Positions 37,829-47,879 of a stretch of DNA of 64,000 nucleotides are shown one piece after another (the first letter of the stretch is position 1; every line of letters begins with the position of its first letter). A model generated the notes under the pieces. That model had not been told where the DNA came from, searched no databases, and was given only the letters and a program-made list of their open reading frames with translations. The translations under genes were made by a program, and so were the position numbers. The stretch comes from an uncultured delta proteobacterium (GTDB taxonomy: Bacteria; Desulfobacterota; Binatia; Binatales; Binataceae): positions 118,691-182,690 of the forward strand of contig CAWFBH010000002.1 of NCBI GenBank assembly GCA_963814035.1, written 5' to 3'.

Positions 37829-39382
37829 ATGCCACGCATCGCATGCATCCTCGTTCCCAATTTTTCGATCGCGGCGATCGTGCGCGCCAATCCCGACCTG
37901 GCGCTTGCGCCGTTCGCGATCAGCAACACCTCGGCGCCGCATGCCGAACTGATCGCGGTCTCCCTCCGCGCGCGCAAATCGGGCGTCTATCCCGCGATGA
38001 CGATTGCGCAGGCGCGCTCGATCATCCCCGAGCTCGCGATCGTCAATCATTCCGAGGCCGCCGAGACTTCCGCGATGGAGGCGCTCGCCGATGCGGCCGA
38101 ATCGATTTCGCCGCTGGTCGAAAAGGGCGATACCGGCCGCGTGTGGCTCGACCTCGCGGGCCTCGAACGCCTGATGGGCTCCGAGGAAGCGATCGCGGCG
38201 GAGCTGGAGCGGCGCGTCGGGCAGGTCGGGATGGAGTGCGCGGTCGGTATCGCCTCGAACAAAGAGATTGCGCATCTGGCGGCGCGATGTGGCGGGTTGC
38301 GCGTCATCGATGCGGGTCAGGAGGGCGACTTCCTCAACTGGTTGCCGCTCGACATGCTCGGTTTGGATGAGCGAACGCCGGCTGATTCGAATGATATAGA
38401 GGACACGCTCGCGCGATGGGGCATCCGGCGTCTCGGCGAGCTGGCGCGTCTCGACCCCGATGCGATCGGCAGCCGGCTTGGACGGCGCGGCGTCGAACTG
38501 ATTCGTATCGCGCGCGGCGAGAACAAAACCCGTCTCATCCCGCGGCGTCCCGCCGAGATTTTCACCGAGGCAATCGAGCTCGACTACGGCATCGAGACAC
38601 TGGAGCCGCTCGGCTTCATCATGCTGCCGATGCTGGAGCGCCTGTGCGAGCGCCTGATACTTCGCGGGCTGGTCGCGGGCGACATGATGCTGTCGTTCGG
38701 GCTCAGCGACCATCGCAAGTTCAGCCGCCGCGTCGCGATCGGCGCCCCATCTAATGATGCGCGCGCGATGCTCGCCATGGTGACGCTCAGTCTCGAAAGC
38801 GTCGCGCCACAGGCCGCCATCGAAACGATTCGCATCGATGTGGAGCCGCGCAAGCCGCGCGCCGCGCAGACCGATATGTTCCTGCCGCCGGCGCCCGCAC
38901 CCGATCGCCTCGAACTGACGGTCGCACGGCTCGCGGCGCTCTGCGGTCCGGAAAATGTCGGCACGCTGCGTCCCGAAGATTCGCATCGGGTCGAGGCGGT
39001 GCGCCTCGAGGAATTTAATCCTCCGCCGCCGCGTCCGCTCGAACTGAATGGCCATGTCGAAGCGAAGACCATCGCGCAGTTGGCGATTCGCGCGGTCCGG
39101 CCTCCACTCGCAGTCGAGGTGCTGCTGAGTCGCGGCGCGCCGGAATTTGTGCGCGGACCCAACCTCGGCGCGCGGGTGGTCTCGATTGCGGGCCCATGGC
39201 GGCGCGACGGCGAATGGTGGCACACGACCGAAGATACCGCCCCATCGCCACAACTGGTGATGAAAACCAACGGCAATTTTCGCCGCGACTATTACGAATT
39301 GGCGCTCGCCGATGGCGGCGTCTATCGGGTCTTTTGCGATCTCAACTCCGCGCAATGGTTCGTCGATGGAATCTACGACTGA
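37829..39382 (+). CDS. imuB: ImuB, inactive Y-family polymerase homolog
   Basis: Y-family fold without catalytic acidic motif (CILVPNF), GMT.AQAR-like YPAMTIAQAR, LDLAG, GIRRLGEL, C-terminal GPWRRDGEWW and RRDYYEL..VYR..WFVDGIYD. Confidence 0.92.
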   Translation: MPRIACILVPNFSIAAIVRANPDLALAPFAISNTSAPHAELIAVSLRARKSGVYPAMTIAQARSIIPELAIVNHSEAAETSAMEALADAAESISPLVEKGDTGRVWLDLAGLERLMGSEEAIAAELERRVGQVGMECAVGIASNKEIAHLAARCGGLRVIDAGQEGDFLNWLPLDMLGLDERTPADSNDIEDTLARWGIRRLGELARLDPDAIGSRLGRRGVELIRIARGENKTRLIPRRPAEIFTEAIELDYGIETLEPLGFIMLPMLERLCERLILRGLVAGDMMLSFGLSDHRKFSRRVAIGAPSNDARAMLAMVTLSLESVAPQAAIETIRIDVEPRKPRAAQTDMFLPPAPAPDRLELTVARLAALCGPENVGTLRPEDSHRVEAVRLEEFNPPPPRPLELNGHVEAKTIAQLAIRAVRPPLAVEVLLSRGAPEFVRGPNLGARVVSIAGPWRRDGEWWHTTEDTAPSPQLVMKTNGNFRRDYYELALADGGVYRVFCDLNSAQWFVDGIYD

Positions 39383-39402
39383 GGAGGCACGATCAGATTC
39401 TT

Positions 39403-39450
39403 TCTCCCCCGTTGTTTGGGGGAGATGGCTCAGCGCGCGCTTCGCGTCGC
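39403..39450. repeat. REP-like palindromic element
   Basis: TCTCCCCC-N7-GGGGGAGA hairpin followed by GCGCGCGCTTCGCGTCGC. Confidence 0.55.
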
Positions 39451-39473
39451 GGCTTTTCTTTGAGGAGGGCACA

Positions 39474-39842
39474 ATGGAAAATTGGAAAGGCGTGGTGATC
39501 GCCGAGAGCCTCGGCAATCCGACTATCATCAATCGCTACCCGGTCGAGCGCGCGCTGATTTCGAAGCCGTTCGAATGGGTTCCCTACAAGGGTGCGAAGC
39601 CGTTCTCCGGCCGCTGGCATCTGTATCGCGTGTGCTGCGCCGAAAACGACCTCGAGGTGTTCCAGCAGCACCTTCAGCCGGGATGGTTCGCGCATTTCTG
39701 GAGCGGCGACGCGCTGATGGTGATTTTTAACGACCAGCGCTTCGCGGCGAAGCTGAACGATCGCGCGACCTGGGCCGCGGCGATCGCGCATGGCCGCAAG
39801 CACAACATCCCCGAGTCGCAACTGGATTTCGAGGATATCTAA
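39474..39842 (+). CDS. Small hypothetical protein inserted between imuB and dnaE2
   Basis: GAGGAGG RBS; MENWKGVVIAESL..WHLYRV..WFAHFW..HNIPESQLDF. Confidence 0.75.
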   Translation: MENWKGVVIAESLGNPTIINRYPVERALISKPFEWVPYKGAKPFSGRWHLYRVCCAENDLEVFQQHLQPGWFAHFWSGDALMVIFNDQRFAAKLNDRATWAAAIAHGRKHNIPESQLDFEDI

Positions 39843-39982
39843 TCCTCTCCCGCGACGACGGCGCAGCCGCTCGTCGCACACTGGGAGAGGTCGCTTGACG
39901 ATCATGCGTAGCATGTCGTCAAGCGGGTGAGAGCCGCGCTCGCTGCGAGCGCGGTAGTGGAACACCACGGCATGCCCGAAAG

Positions 39983-42900
39983 ATGAATCCGCATCCATAT
40001 ATCGAACTCCGCACCCGCACCGCGTTCAGCTTCCTCGAAGGCGCCACCACGCCCGAGGACCTCGCGGATCGCGCGGCGGAACTCGGCTACCCCGCGATCG
40101 CGATGGGCGATCGCGACGGCGTCTATGGCCATCCGCGCTTCTACCAGGCCGCCAAGAAGGCCGGGGTGAAAGCGATCGTCGGCGCCGACCTGACCCTCGA
40201 AGACGACAGCCGTCTTTACGTCCTCGTTCCCGATCGAGAGCGCTACAAAAATCTGTGCCGGATGCTGACCGCATCAAAGTGTCGCATCGTCCACCCCGAG
40301 GGCCCCCTCGGTGTCGATGGCAACCCCACTCCCATCTATCCCGCGAAAGGCGAGAGCCGCATCAGCTTCGATGATCTCGAACGCTACAGCGCGGGCCTCA
40401 TATGCCTCGCCGGTGGCGCGCGCAGTCCCATCTCACGCGCGCTGATTCGCGGCGAGGATCCTCGCGCGCTCGCCGATCGCCTGCGAGGAATTTTCGGCGC
40501 CGGCAATCTGCTCATCGATCTCCAGCGCCATCTCGATGCTGACGAGGAGCGCATGAACCGCAAGCTGCGCGCCTTCGCTGATACATCGAAGATTCCACTG
40601 CTGGTCACCAACGATGTTTGCCATGCCGATGCGGATCGGAAGCTGATGGACGTGCTATCGTGCATCGGGCTGAAGAAGACGCTGGAGGAAGCGGGCCGCG
40701 CGCTATGGGTGAATGCGGAGCGCCGGCTCAAATCGCCCGCCGAGCTCGCCGCGCTGTTCAAGGATTTGCCCGGTGCGCTCGCGATGACGCGTGCGGTTGC
40801 CGATCGATGCGAATTCACGCTCACCGATCTCGGCTATCGCTTTCCCGACTATCCGTTGCCGCCAGGCGAAACTCCCGACTCTTATCTGCGTGCGCTGACC
40901 TACGCGGGGCGCGCGAGACAGATGGGGCCGCGCCATCGATGATCGCACGCGCCGTCAACTCGAGCACGAACTTGCGATCATCGCGAAGCTGCAACTCGCC
41001 GGCTACTTCCTCATCGTATGGGACATCGTGCAGTTCTGCCGCGAGAATCAAATCATGGCGCAGGGGCGCGGCTCGGCGGCCAACAGCGCGGTCTGCTATG
41101 CGCTCGGAATCACCGCCATCGACGCGGTGAAGATGGAGCTGCTGTTCGAGCGCTTCCTTTCGGAGGAACGCGGCGAATGGCCCGATATCGATCTCGACCT
41201 GCCCAGCGGCGACCAGCGCGAAAAGGTCATCCAGTATGTCTATCGCCGCTATGGCGAACGCGGCGCCGCGATGACCGCGAACGTCATCACCTATCGCACC
41301 CGCAGCGCGGTGCGCGAGGTTGGCAAGGTGCTCGGCTTCCCGCCCGAGCAAATCGACAAGCTCGCGCGCCTCAACCAGGCGTATGAGTTTCGCGATGACC
41401 ATGACGATATCGTCGCGCTGCTGCGCAAGGGCGGCGTCGATGTCGCCACGCCGCGCATCGCAATGATGATCGACCTGGTGCGGCGCATCCAGAGCGTGCC
41501 GCGTCATCTCGGACAGCATAGCGGCGGGATGGTGATCGCGGCCGGCCCGCTCGATGAGGTCGTGCCGCTCGAACCCGCCTCGATGCCGGGGCGCGTGGTC
41601 GTACAATGGGACAAGGAGGATTGCGCGGACCTCGGCATCATCAAGATCGATCTGCTCGGGCTGGGGATGCTGGCTGTTCTGGAGCAGGCGATCCCGATGA
41701 TTCGCGCGCATGAGGAGGTCGAAATCGACCTCGCGCATCTGCCCGCCGACGATCCCGAGGTTTACAAAATGTTACGCGCCGCCGACACCATCGGCGTGTT
41801 CCAGGTCGAGAGTCGCGCGCAGATGGCGACCCTGCCACGCATGAAGCCGACCAAGTTTTACGACCTGGTGGTCGAGGTCGCGATCATCCGTCCCGGCCCC
41901 ATCGTCGGCAACATGGTCAATCCGTACCTGGAGCGGCGCAACGGACGGCAGAAGGTGACCTATCCGCATCCGATGCTGGAGCCGATTCTCAAGCGCACGC
42001 TCGGCGTTCCGCTCTTTCAGGAGCAGGTGATTCGTGTCGCGATGACCGCGGCGGGGCTTTCCGGCGGCGAGGCCGAAGAGGTGCGCCGCGCGATGGGTTT
42101 CAAGCGCTCGCAGGCGCGGATGGAAAAAATCGAGCGCCGCCTGCGCGAGGGCATGGCGCAAAAGGGCATCATCGGCGCGCCCGCCGAGGAAATTGTGCGC
42201 AGCATCACCTCCTTCGCGCTGTATGGTTTTCCGGAGTCGCATTCGGCGAGCTTCGCGCTGATCGCATACGCGTCGGCGTATCTGAAGTGCCATCATGCGG
42301 CAGCGTTTTTCGCTTCGATGCTGAACTGCTATCCGATGGGCTTCTATCATCCCGCAACGCTGGTGAAGGATGCGCAACGCCATGGCGTCACTATCCTGCC
42401 CATCGATGTGTCCCAGTCGTAGTGGTTTTGCACACTGGAGAATTCTCTCCTCCGCGTTTTTCCGCGGGGGAGGAAGCGAGGCATCGGTCTCGCTCTTCAC
42501 TTCGCGAGACGGATGCCTCGCAGGAGGGGGTGCAGCCGAGTGCCACCCCCGCCGACCTCTCCCGGCGCAGTAGCGCCACCCTCTCCCTGAAGGGCGAGGG
42601 AACAAGGAAGGAGGACAACTTTAGTAGGGTTAGGTCCCTCCGCCTCGGACTCAAATACGTGATGGGCCTGCGCGAGGAAGTCGGCTGCCGCATCGAGGCG
42701 GAACGGGCGCGTGCTCCATTCGCCTCGCTCGCCGATTTCACCGCCCGCACCGCGCCCAATCGCCGCGAGCTCGATGCCCTCGCATACTCCGGCGCCTTCG
42801 CATGCTTCGGGCTCAGTCGCCGCGAGGCGCTATGGCAGGCCGCCGCCGTCGAGCGCGATCCTAAAAGCTTGCTCGCCGGCATCGAGCCCAAGCGCGGCAC

Positions 42901-43336
42901 GACCTCGCCGTTGCCGGGCATGTCGCCGCTCGATGAAACCCGCGCCGACTATTCGACCATGGGCCTCACGGCGGGACCTCATCTGATGGCGCATTTGCGC
43001 GAACGTCTCACCGCGCGGGGCGTGCTGTCGGCGGATGAAACTACGAAAGTCGAAAATGGCACGTGGGTAAAAACCGCAGGGCTGGTTATTGTGCGGCAGC
43101 GTCCCGGCACCGCGAAGGGATTTTTCTTTCTGACGCTGGAAGATGAAACCGGCATCAGCAATGCGATCGTGATGCCTGATTTGTTTCAGAAGCATCGCGC
43201 GCTGTTGCGCGGCGCGGCGATCCTACAAGTTGAAGGCATCATGCAAAAGCGCGACGGCGTGATGCTGATCAAGGCACAGCGCTTCGAGGAGCTGAAACTC
43301 AGCGGCGCGCTGCCCCCCTCGCACGATTTCCACTAA
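39983..43336 (+). CDS. dnaE2: Error-prone DNA polymerase DnaE2 (ImuC); frameshift near 40908, in-frame TAG at 42420, frameshift near 42440
   Basis: AFSFLEGA, GRGSAANS, PDIDLD, RHLGQHSGG, KIDLLGLG, FQVESRAQ, RPGP, YGFPESH, RQRPGTAKG, PPSHDFH. Confidence 0.93.
42441..42637. repeat. Composite palindromic insertion within dnaE2
   Basis: Stem GCGAGGCATC-G-GTCTCGC / GCGAGAC-G-GATGCCTCGC; 42556-42620 is the reverse complement of the element at 1311-1378; ends GGGTTAGGTC. Confidence 0.8.
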
Positions 43337-43343
43337 TGCTGAT

Positions 43344-44501
43344 TTATATCGCCTGATACACCGCGGTTTCGAAGCCTTCGAAAGCCTTAAATGCCTTCGC
43401 ATCGTAAAAGGGCAGTATCTGCGTCGCATAGACGCCCGCGACATTCCGCACCGGATCGATCCAGTAATACGAATTGGCCAGGCCCGCCCATGCGAGGCTG
43501 CCCGCCGAGCGCCCGGTCGGCATCGACGCCGGGTTGATCATGAAGCTCAAACCCCACTTCATGCCCGCGACGAAATCGACGTCGTTGCTCGACGACGGAG
43601 CAACCGTCTTCATCGCGCTGCACACCAGATTGCCCATGGCGTTGTGCGACATCGTTGCGACCGTCTCCGGCTGCAGCACCTTGACGCCGTTGAGCGCGCC
43701 GCCATGGAGGATCATCTGGGCGAACTTGAGATAGTCGCCGACGGTGGAATACAGGCCTCCGCCGCCGGCGAAGAATTCGGGGTTCTGCGCCATTTCGATT
43801 TCGGTCGGAACGAGGCCCTCGGGTGTACGCACATGAACCGCGGCGCGGCGCTGCCGTTGCGCATCGCTAATCTTGAAGGCGGTGTCGGTCATGCCGAGCG
43901 GCTGGAGAAGGTTCTCGCGCATATACTTGTCGAGGGTCTGGCCGGAAACCGCTTCCACCGCCTTGCCCGCCCAGTCGATCGCGATGCTGTATTCCCATTT
44001 CTCGCCAGGGTCGGCAATTAGCGGCAAATCCAGCGCGGCGTTCTTTCCCGAAATGATACCCGGGGTGCCGGTCACTTCCAGATAGCGCGCGATATTGCCG
44101 TTCCAAATTTCGTATGCGTAGCCGGCCGTATGCGTCAGCAGATGACGCAAGGTGATGGCGCGCTTCGGCGCCCGCAGTCGTGGCTTGCCATCGGCGGCAA
44201 AGCCTTCCAGCACCTGCACCCTTCCGAGCTCCGGCAGAATCGCCGCGATGTCACTATCGAGGGAGAGCCTGCCGCGCTCGACCTGCTGCATCGCGCAGGC
44301 AGCGGTAACGGCCTTCGTCATCGATGCGATCCAGACGACAGTATCCGATGTCATCAGAGCGCCCGACGCCAAGTTTCGCTTACCGAAGGCGCCCGTGAAG
44401 ATGACACCGTCGGCGGTCGCTGCCGCCGCGGCTACGCCGGGAACATCACCTGACTCGACTGCGCGCCGGAGACCATCTGCAATCCTGCTCGTGTTGATCA
44501 T
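43344..44501 (-). CDS. Serine hydrolase, beta-lactamase/esterase family
   Basis: IASMTK (SxxK), LLTHTAG, WEYS, GGGGLYST, WAGLAN. Confidence 0.93.
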   Translation of the reverse strand: MINTSRIADGLRRAVESGDVPGVAAAAATADGVIFTGAFGKRNLASGALMTSDTVVWIASMTKAVTAACAMQQVERGRLSLDSDIAAILPELGRVQVLEGFAADGKPRLRAPKRAITLRHLLTHTAGYAYEIWNGNIARYLEVTGTPGIISGKNAALDLPLIADPGEKWEYSIAIDWAGKAVEAVSGQTLDKYMRENLLQPLGMTDTAFKISDAQRQRRAAVHVRTPEGLVPTEIEMAQNPEFFAGGGGLYSTVGDYLKFAQMILHGGALNGVKVLQPETVATMSHNAMGNLVCSAMKTVAPSSSNDVDFVAGMKWGLSFMINPASMPTGRSAGSLAWAGLANSYYWIDPVRNVAGVYATQILPFYDAKAFKAFEGFETAVYQAI

Positions 44502-44510
44502 GGTTTCCTC

Positions 44511-45278
44511 TCAGCGCGGCGGCATGCGCAGCGCGCCATCGAGGCGGATGGTTTCGCCGTTGAGCATCGCGTTCTCGACGATGTGTCGCGCGAGGGCCGC
44601 ATACTCGGTCGGCCGTCCGAGGCGCGAAGGAAAGGGAATCTGCGACTCGAGCGCCTTACGCGCCGGATCGGGCAATCCCGCCAGCATCGGAGTTTCGAAG
44701 GTTCCCGGAGCGATGGTGCATACGCGGATGCCGACGTTGGCGAGGTCGCGCGCGATCGGCAGCGTCATCCCAACCACGCCGCCCTTGGAGGCCGAGTATG
44801 CCGCTTGGCCGATTTGGCCATCGAAGGCCGCCACCGACGCAGTATTAACGATGACGCCGCGCTCGCCATCGGCGTTGGGCTGGTTCTTCGCCATCGCGGC
44901 CGCAGCGAGGCGGATCGCATTGAAGGTTCCGATCAGATTGACCTGGATAACTTTGCTGAACAGGTCGAGCGAATGCGGTCCGTCCTTGGAGAGCGTGCGG
45001 CTCGCGCGCCCGATGCCGGCGCAGTTCACCAGCACATGCACGCCGCCGAACTTCGCAACGACCTTCGCAACCGCGTCCTTCACGTCAGTCTCGGAAACCA
45101 CATCGGCAGGGACGAAGAGCGCCTTGTCGCCGATCGACTCCGCGACCTTCGCGCCCGGCGATGCCGCCAGGTCGAGAATCGCGACCTTCGCGCCCGCGCC
45201 GGCAAACTCACGAATCGTCGCCTCGCCCAGCCCCGAGCCGCCGCCAGTGACTATCGCGACCGTGTCCTTCAGGTTCAT
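44511..45278 (-). CDS. SDR, 3-hydroxyacyl-CoA dehydrogenase type-2-like
   Basis: [46 protein letters not shown]. Confidence 0.93.
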   Translation of the reverse strand: MNLKDTVAIVTGGGSGLGEATIREFAGAGAKVAILDLAASPGAKVAESIGDKALFVPADVVSETDVKDAVAKVVAKFGGVHVLVNCAGIGRASRTLSKDGPHSLDLFSKVIQVNLIGTFNAIRLAAAAMAKNQPNADGERGVIVNTASVAAFDGQIGQAAYSASKGGVVGMTLPIARDLANVGIRVCTIAPGTFETPMLAGLPDPARKALESQIPFPSRLGRPTEYAALARHIVENAMLNGETIRLDGALRMPPR

Positions 45279-45382
45279 CTGACTACCTCGAATGCAAATT
45301 GTTCGCGGCGATGACGATAGGTCCGCCTCGGCGCATATGCAAGATACCGCGTCTTGGGTTAGAAGATGATGCGATCATTCTT

Positions 45383-46966
45383 ATGTCAACGCCAAAGAAC
45401 CAGACTATCGACCACGACGAGGTGCGCGCCGACCTCGAGGAAGTTCATCAGCGCCACGAGGTCACCCTCGATGCCGCGCGGCCCGAGGCCGTCGCGCGCC
45501 GGCGCAAAACCCGGCAACGCACCGCGCGTGAAAACATCGAAGATATTTGCGACGCCGGAAAGTTTGTCGAATATGGACCGCTGGTGATTGCCGCGCAACG
45601 CCGCCGTCGCACCCTCGATGATCTCATCAAGAACACGCCCGCCGATGGCATGGTGGTCGGCCTCGGCAGCGTCAACGGCGATCTATTCCCCGAGGACAAA
45701 TCGCGCTGCGTCCTGATGGCCTACGACTTCACGGTGCTGGCCGGGACGCAAGGCCATCAGAACCATCGCAAAACCGATCGCATGATCCAAATCGCCAATG
45801 ACTTCCGGCTGCCGCTGGTGCTGTACGCCGAAGGCGGCGGCGGACGCCCCGGCGATACCGACGGCGGCTTCAGTTCGCGGACGTTCTATGACTTCCCACG
45901 GCTCAGCGGGTTGGTGCCGATGATTGGGATCACCTCCGGGCGATGCTACGCGGGCAATGCCTCGCTGCTGGGGATCTGCGATGTAGTCATCGCAACTAAA
46001 GGCTCCAACATCGGCATGGGCGGTCCCGCGATGATCGAGGGCGGCGGGCTCGGTATATATCGTCCCGAGGAAATCGGCCCGCTTGATGTGCAGACGCGCA
46101 GTGGCGTGGTCGATGTCGCGGTCGAGGACGAGGCTGAGGCCACCAAGGTTGCGAAGAAATATCTCTCCTATTTTCAGGGCTCGCTCGATAAATGGAGCTG
46201 CCCCGATCAGCGACTACTACGTGGCATCATTCCAGAGAATCGCCTCCGCGTGTATGACATCCGCTCGGTGATTCACACGATGGCGGACACCGATTCGGCG
46301 CTGGAGCTGCGGCCGCATTTCGGTCATGGCATGATCACCGCATTCATCCGCATCGAGGGCCATCCGTTCGGCCTCATCGCCAACAACCCCAATCACCTCG
46401 CGGGCGCGATCGACAGCGATGGCTCCGACAAAGCCGCCCACTTCGTTCAGCTTTGCGATGCTTTCGACATCCCGCTGATTTTCCTGTGCGATACGCCCGG
46501 CATCATGGTCGGCCCCGAGATCGAGAAGACCGCGCTGGTGCGTCATTCGTCACGACTGTTTGTCACCGCGGCGAATGCAACGGTGCCCTTTTTCACGATC
46601 GTATTGCGCAAGGCCTATGGCCTCGGCGGAATTGCAATGGCGGCCGGCGCGTATGACGCCGCAGTCTTCACGGTCGCATGGCCGACTGGCGAGTTCGGTC
46701 CGATGGGGTTGGAGGGCGCGGTGAAGCTCGGCTATCGCAACGAGCTTGCGGCAATCGCTGATCCGGCGCAGCGCAAATCGCGTTTCGATGAGATGGTCGC
46801 CTCGATGTATCAACGTGGCAAGGCGCTCAACAATGCCTCGCATTTCAGCATCGACAACGTCATCGATCCTGCCGAGACGCGCAAGTACATCGCGGCGGGA
46901 TGGCGCTCATGTCCCAAGCCGCCGCCGCGCACCGGCAAGAAGCACCCGTACATCGATAGCTGGTGA
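45383..46966 (+). CDS. Acyl-CoA carboxylase carboxyltransferase subunit
   Basis: TPADG, DFTVLAGTQG, EGGGGRPGD, GMGGPAMIEG, DTPGIMVG, RKAYGLG. Confidence 0.92.
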   Translation: MSTPKNQTIDHDEVRADLEEVHQRHEVTLDAARPEAVARRRKTRQRTARENIEDICDAGKFVEYGPLVIAAQRRRRTLDDLIKNTPADGMVVGLGSVNGDLFPEDKSRCVLMAYDFTVLAGTQGHQNHRKTDRMIQIANDFRLPLVLYAEGGGGRPGDTDGGFSSRTFYDFPRLSGLVPMIGITSGRCYAGNASLLGICDVVIATKGSNIGMGGPAMIEGGGLGIYRPEEIGPLDVQTRSGVVDVAVEDEAEATKVAKKYLSYFQGSLDKWSCPDQRLLRGIIPENRLRVYDIRSVIHTMADTDSALELRPHFGHGMITAFIRIEGHPFGLIANNPNHLAGAIDSDGSDKAAHFVQLCDAFDIPLIFLCDTPGIMVGPEIEKTALVRHSSRLFVTAANATVPFFTIVLRKAYGLGGIAMAAGAYDAAVFTVAWPTGEFGPMGLEGAVKLGYRNELAAIADPAQRKSRFDEMVASMYQRGKALNNASHFSIDNVIDPAETRKYIAAGWRSCPKPPPRTGKKHPYIDSW

Positions 46967-47071
46967 AGCATCGCTTAACCGATCGGTATGTTGCGGGGCG
47001 TGACTTTTCGTTTGATCATTTGGGGCACATCGTGGGAATAATCTGTGAAGCGACTCTCAGGGGAGAATGAT

Positions 47072-47857
47072 GTGATCAAATCCACCGAGGAAAAACTTAA
47101 CGTCGCGGGCGCGGAACTGGTGATGGTGAAAGCGGGCTCCGGCAAGCCCCTGCTCATCCTTCATGACGAGCTCGGATACCCGGGTTGGATGACCTGGAAC
47201 GAGACTCTCGCACATGAGCGCACGCTGCTGATTCCGCTGCAGCCCGCCTACGGCAAAACTCCGAAAATCGATTGGATCCGGAACTATCGCGATCTGGGCG
47301 GGTTCTACTCGCAGGTGTTGCGCGAGATGAAGCTCGATCCCATCGACGTGATCGGCTTCTCCGCCGGCGGGTACATCGCGGCCGAGATGCTCGCCGCCGA
47401 TCAGCGCATCTTCTCGAAAGCAGTGCTGGTCGCACCGATGGGCATTAGGCCTGAGCAAGGCGAAATCTTCGACATCTTCCCCATCACTATCCGCACCCAT
47501 CTGCGCTCGACGGTCGCGGATCCCTACAAGACGCCCGAATTTGCCAAGCTCTACGGCGGTGAGATGACGGCCGAGCAGTTCGAGGCCTTCGAGGACGCAC
47601 GCGCCGAGGCCGCTCGCATCGGGTGGGAACCGTACATGAACAATCCCAGCCTCCCGCATCTGCTGCGCGGCACTAAAACGCCGACGCTGCTGATATGGGG
47701 TACTGCGGATCACGTGGTCCCGCGCGGCTGCATCGACGCTTATAAGAAGGCGATTCCTGAGGCGCAAATCGCGACTATCAATGACGTCGGTCATCGGCCC
47801 GAGATCGAAAACTCGGCCGAGTTCGAACGCGTCGTAACCAAGTTTCTGGCTGCATAG
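47072..47857 (+). CDS. Alpha/beta fold hydrolase
   Basis: GFSAGG elbow, LIWGTAD, VGHRPEIE; GTG start after GGGAGA. Confidence 0.88.
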   Translation: MIKSTEEKLNVAGAELVMVKAGSGKPLLILHDELGYPGWMTWNETLAHERTLLIPLQPAYGKTPKIDWIRNYRDLGGFYSQVLREMKLDPIDVIGFSAGGYIAAEMLAADQRIFSKAVLVAPMGIRPEQGEIFDIFPITIRTHLRSTVADPYKTPEFAKLYGGEMTAEQFEAFEDARAEAARIGWEPYMNNPSLPHLLRGTKTPTLLIWGTADHVVPRGCIDAYKKAIPEAQIATINDVGHRPEIENSAEFERVVTKFLAA

Positions 47858-47879
47858 CGACACGCAGGAGCGGTCTCAT

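Noticed and set aside
37829-39382. Missing catalytic acidic residues in ImuB as a novelty
   Set aside because: ImuB proteins are known to be catalytically inactive Y-family homologs.
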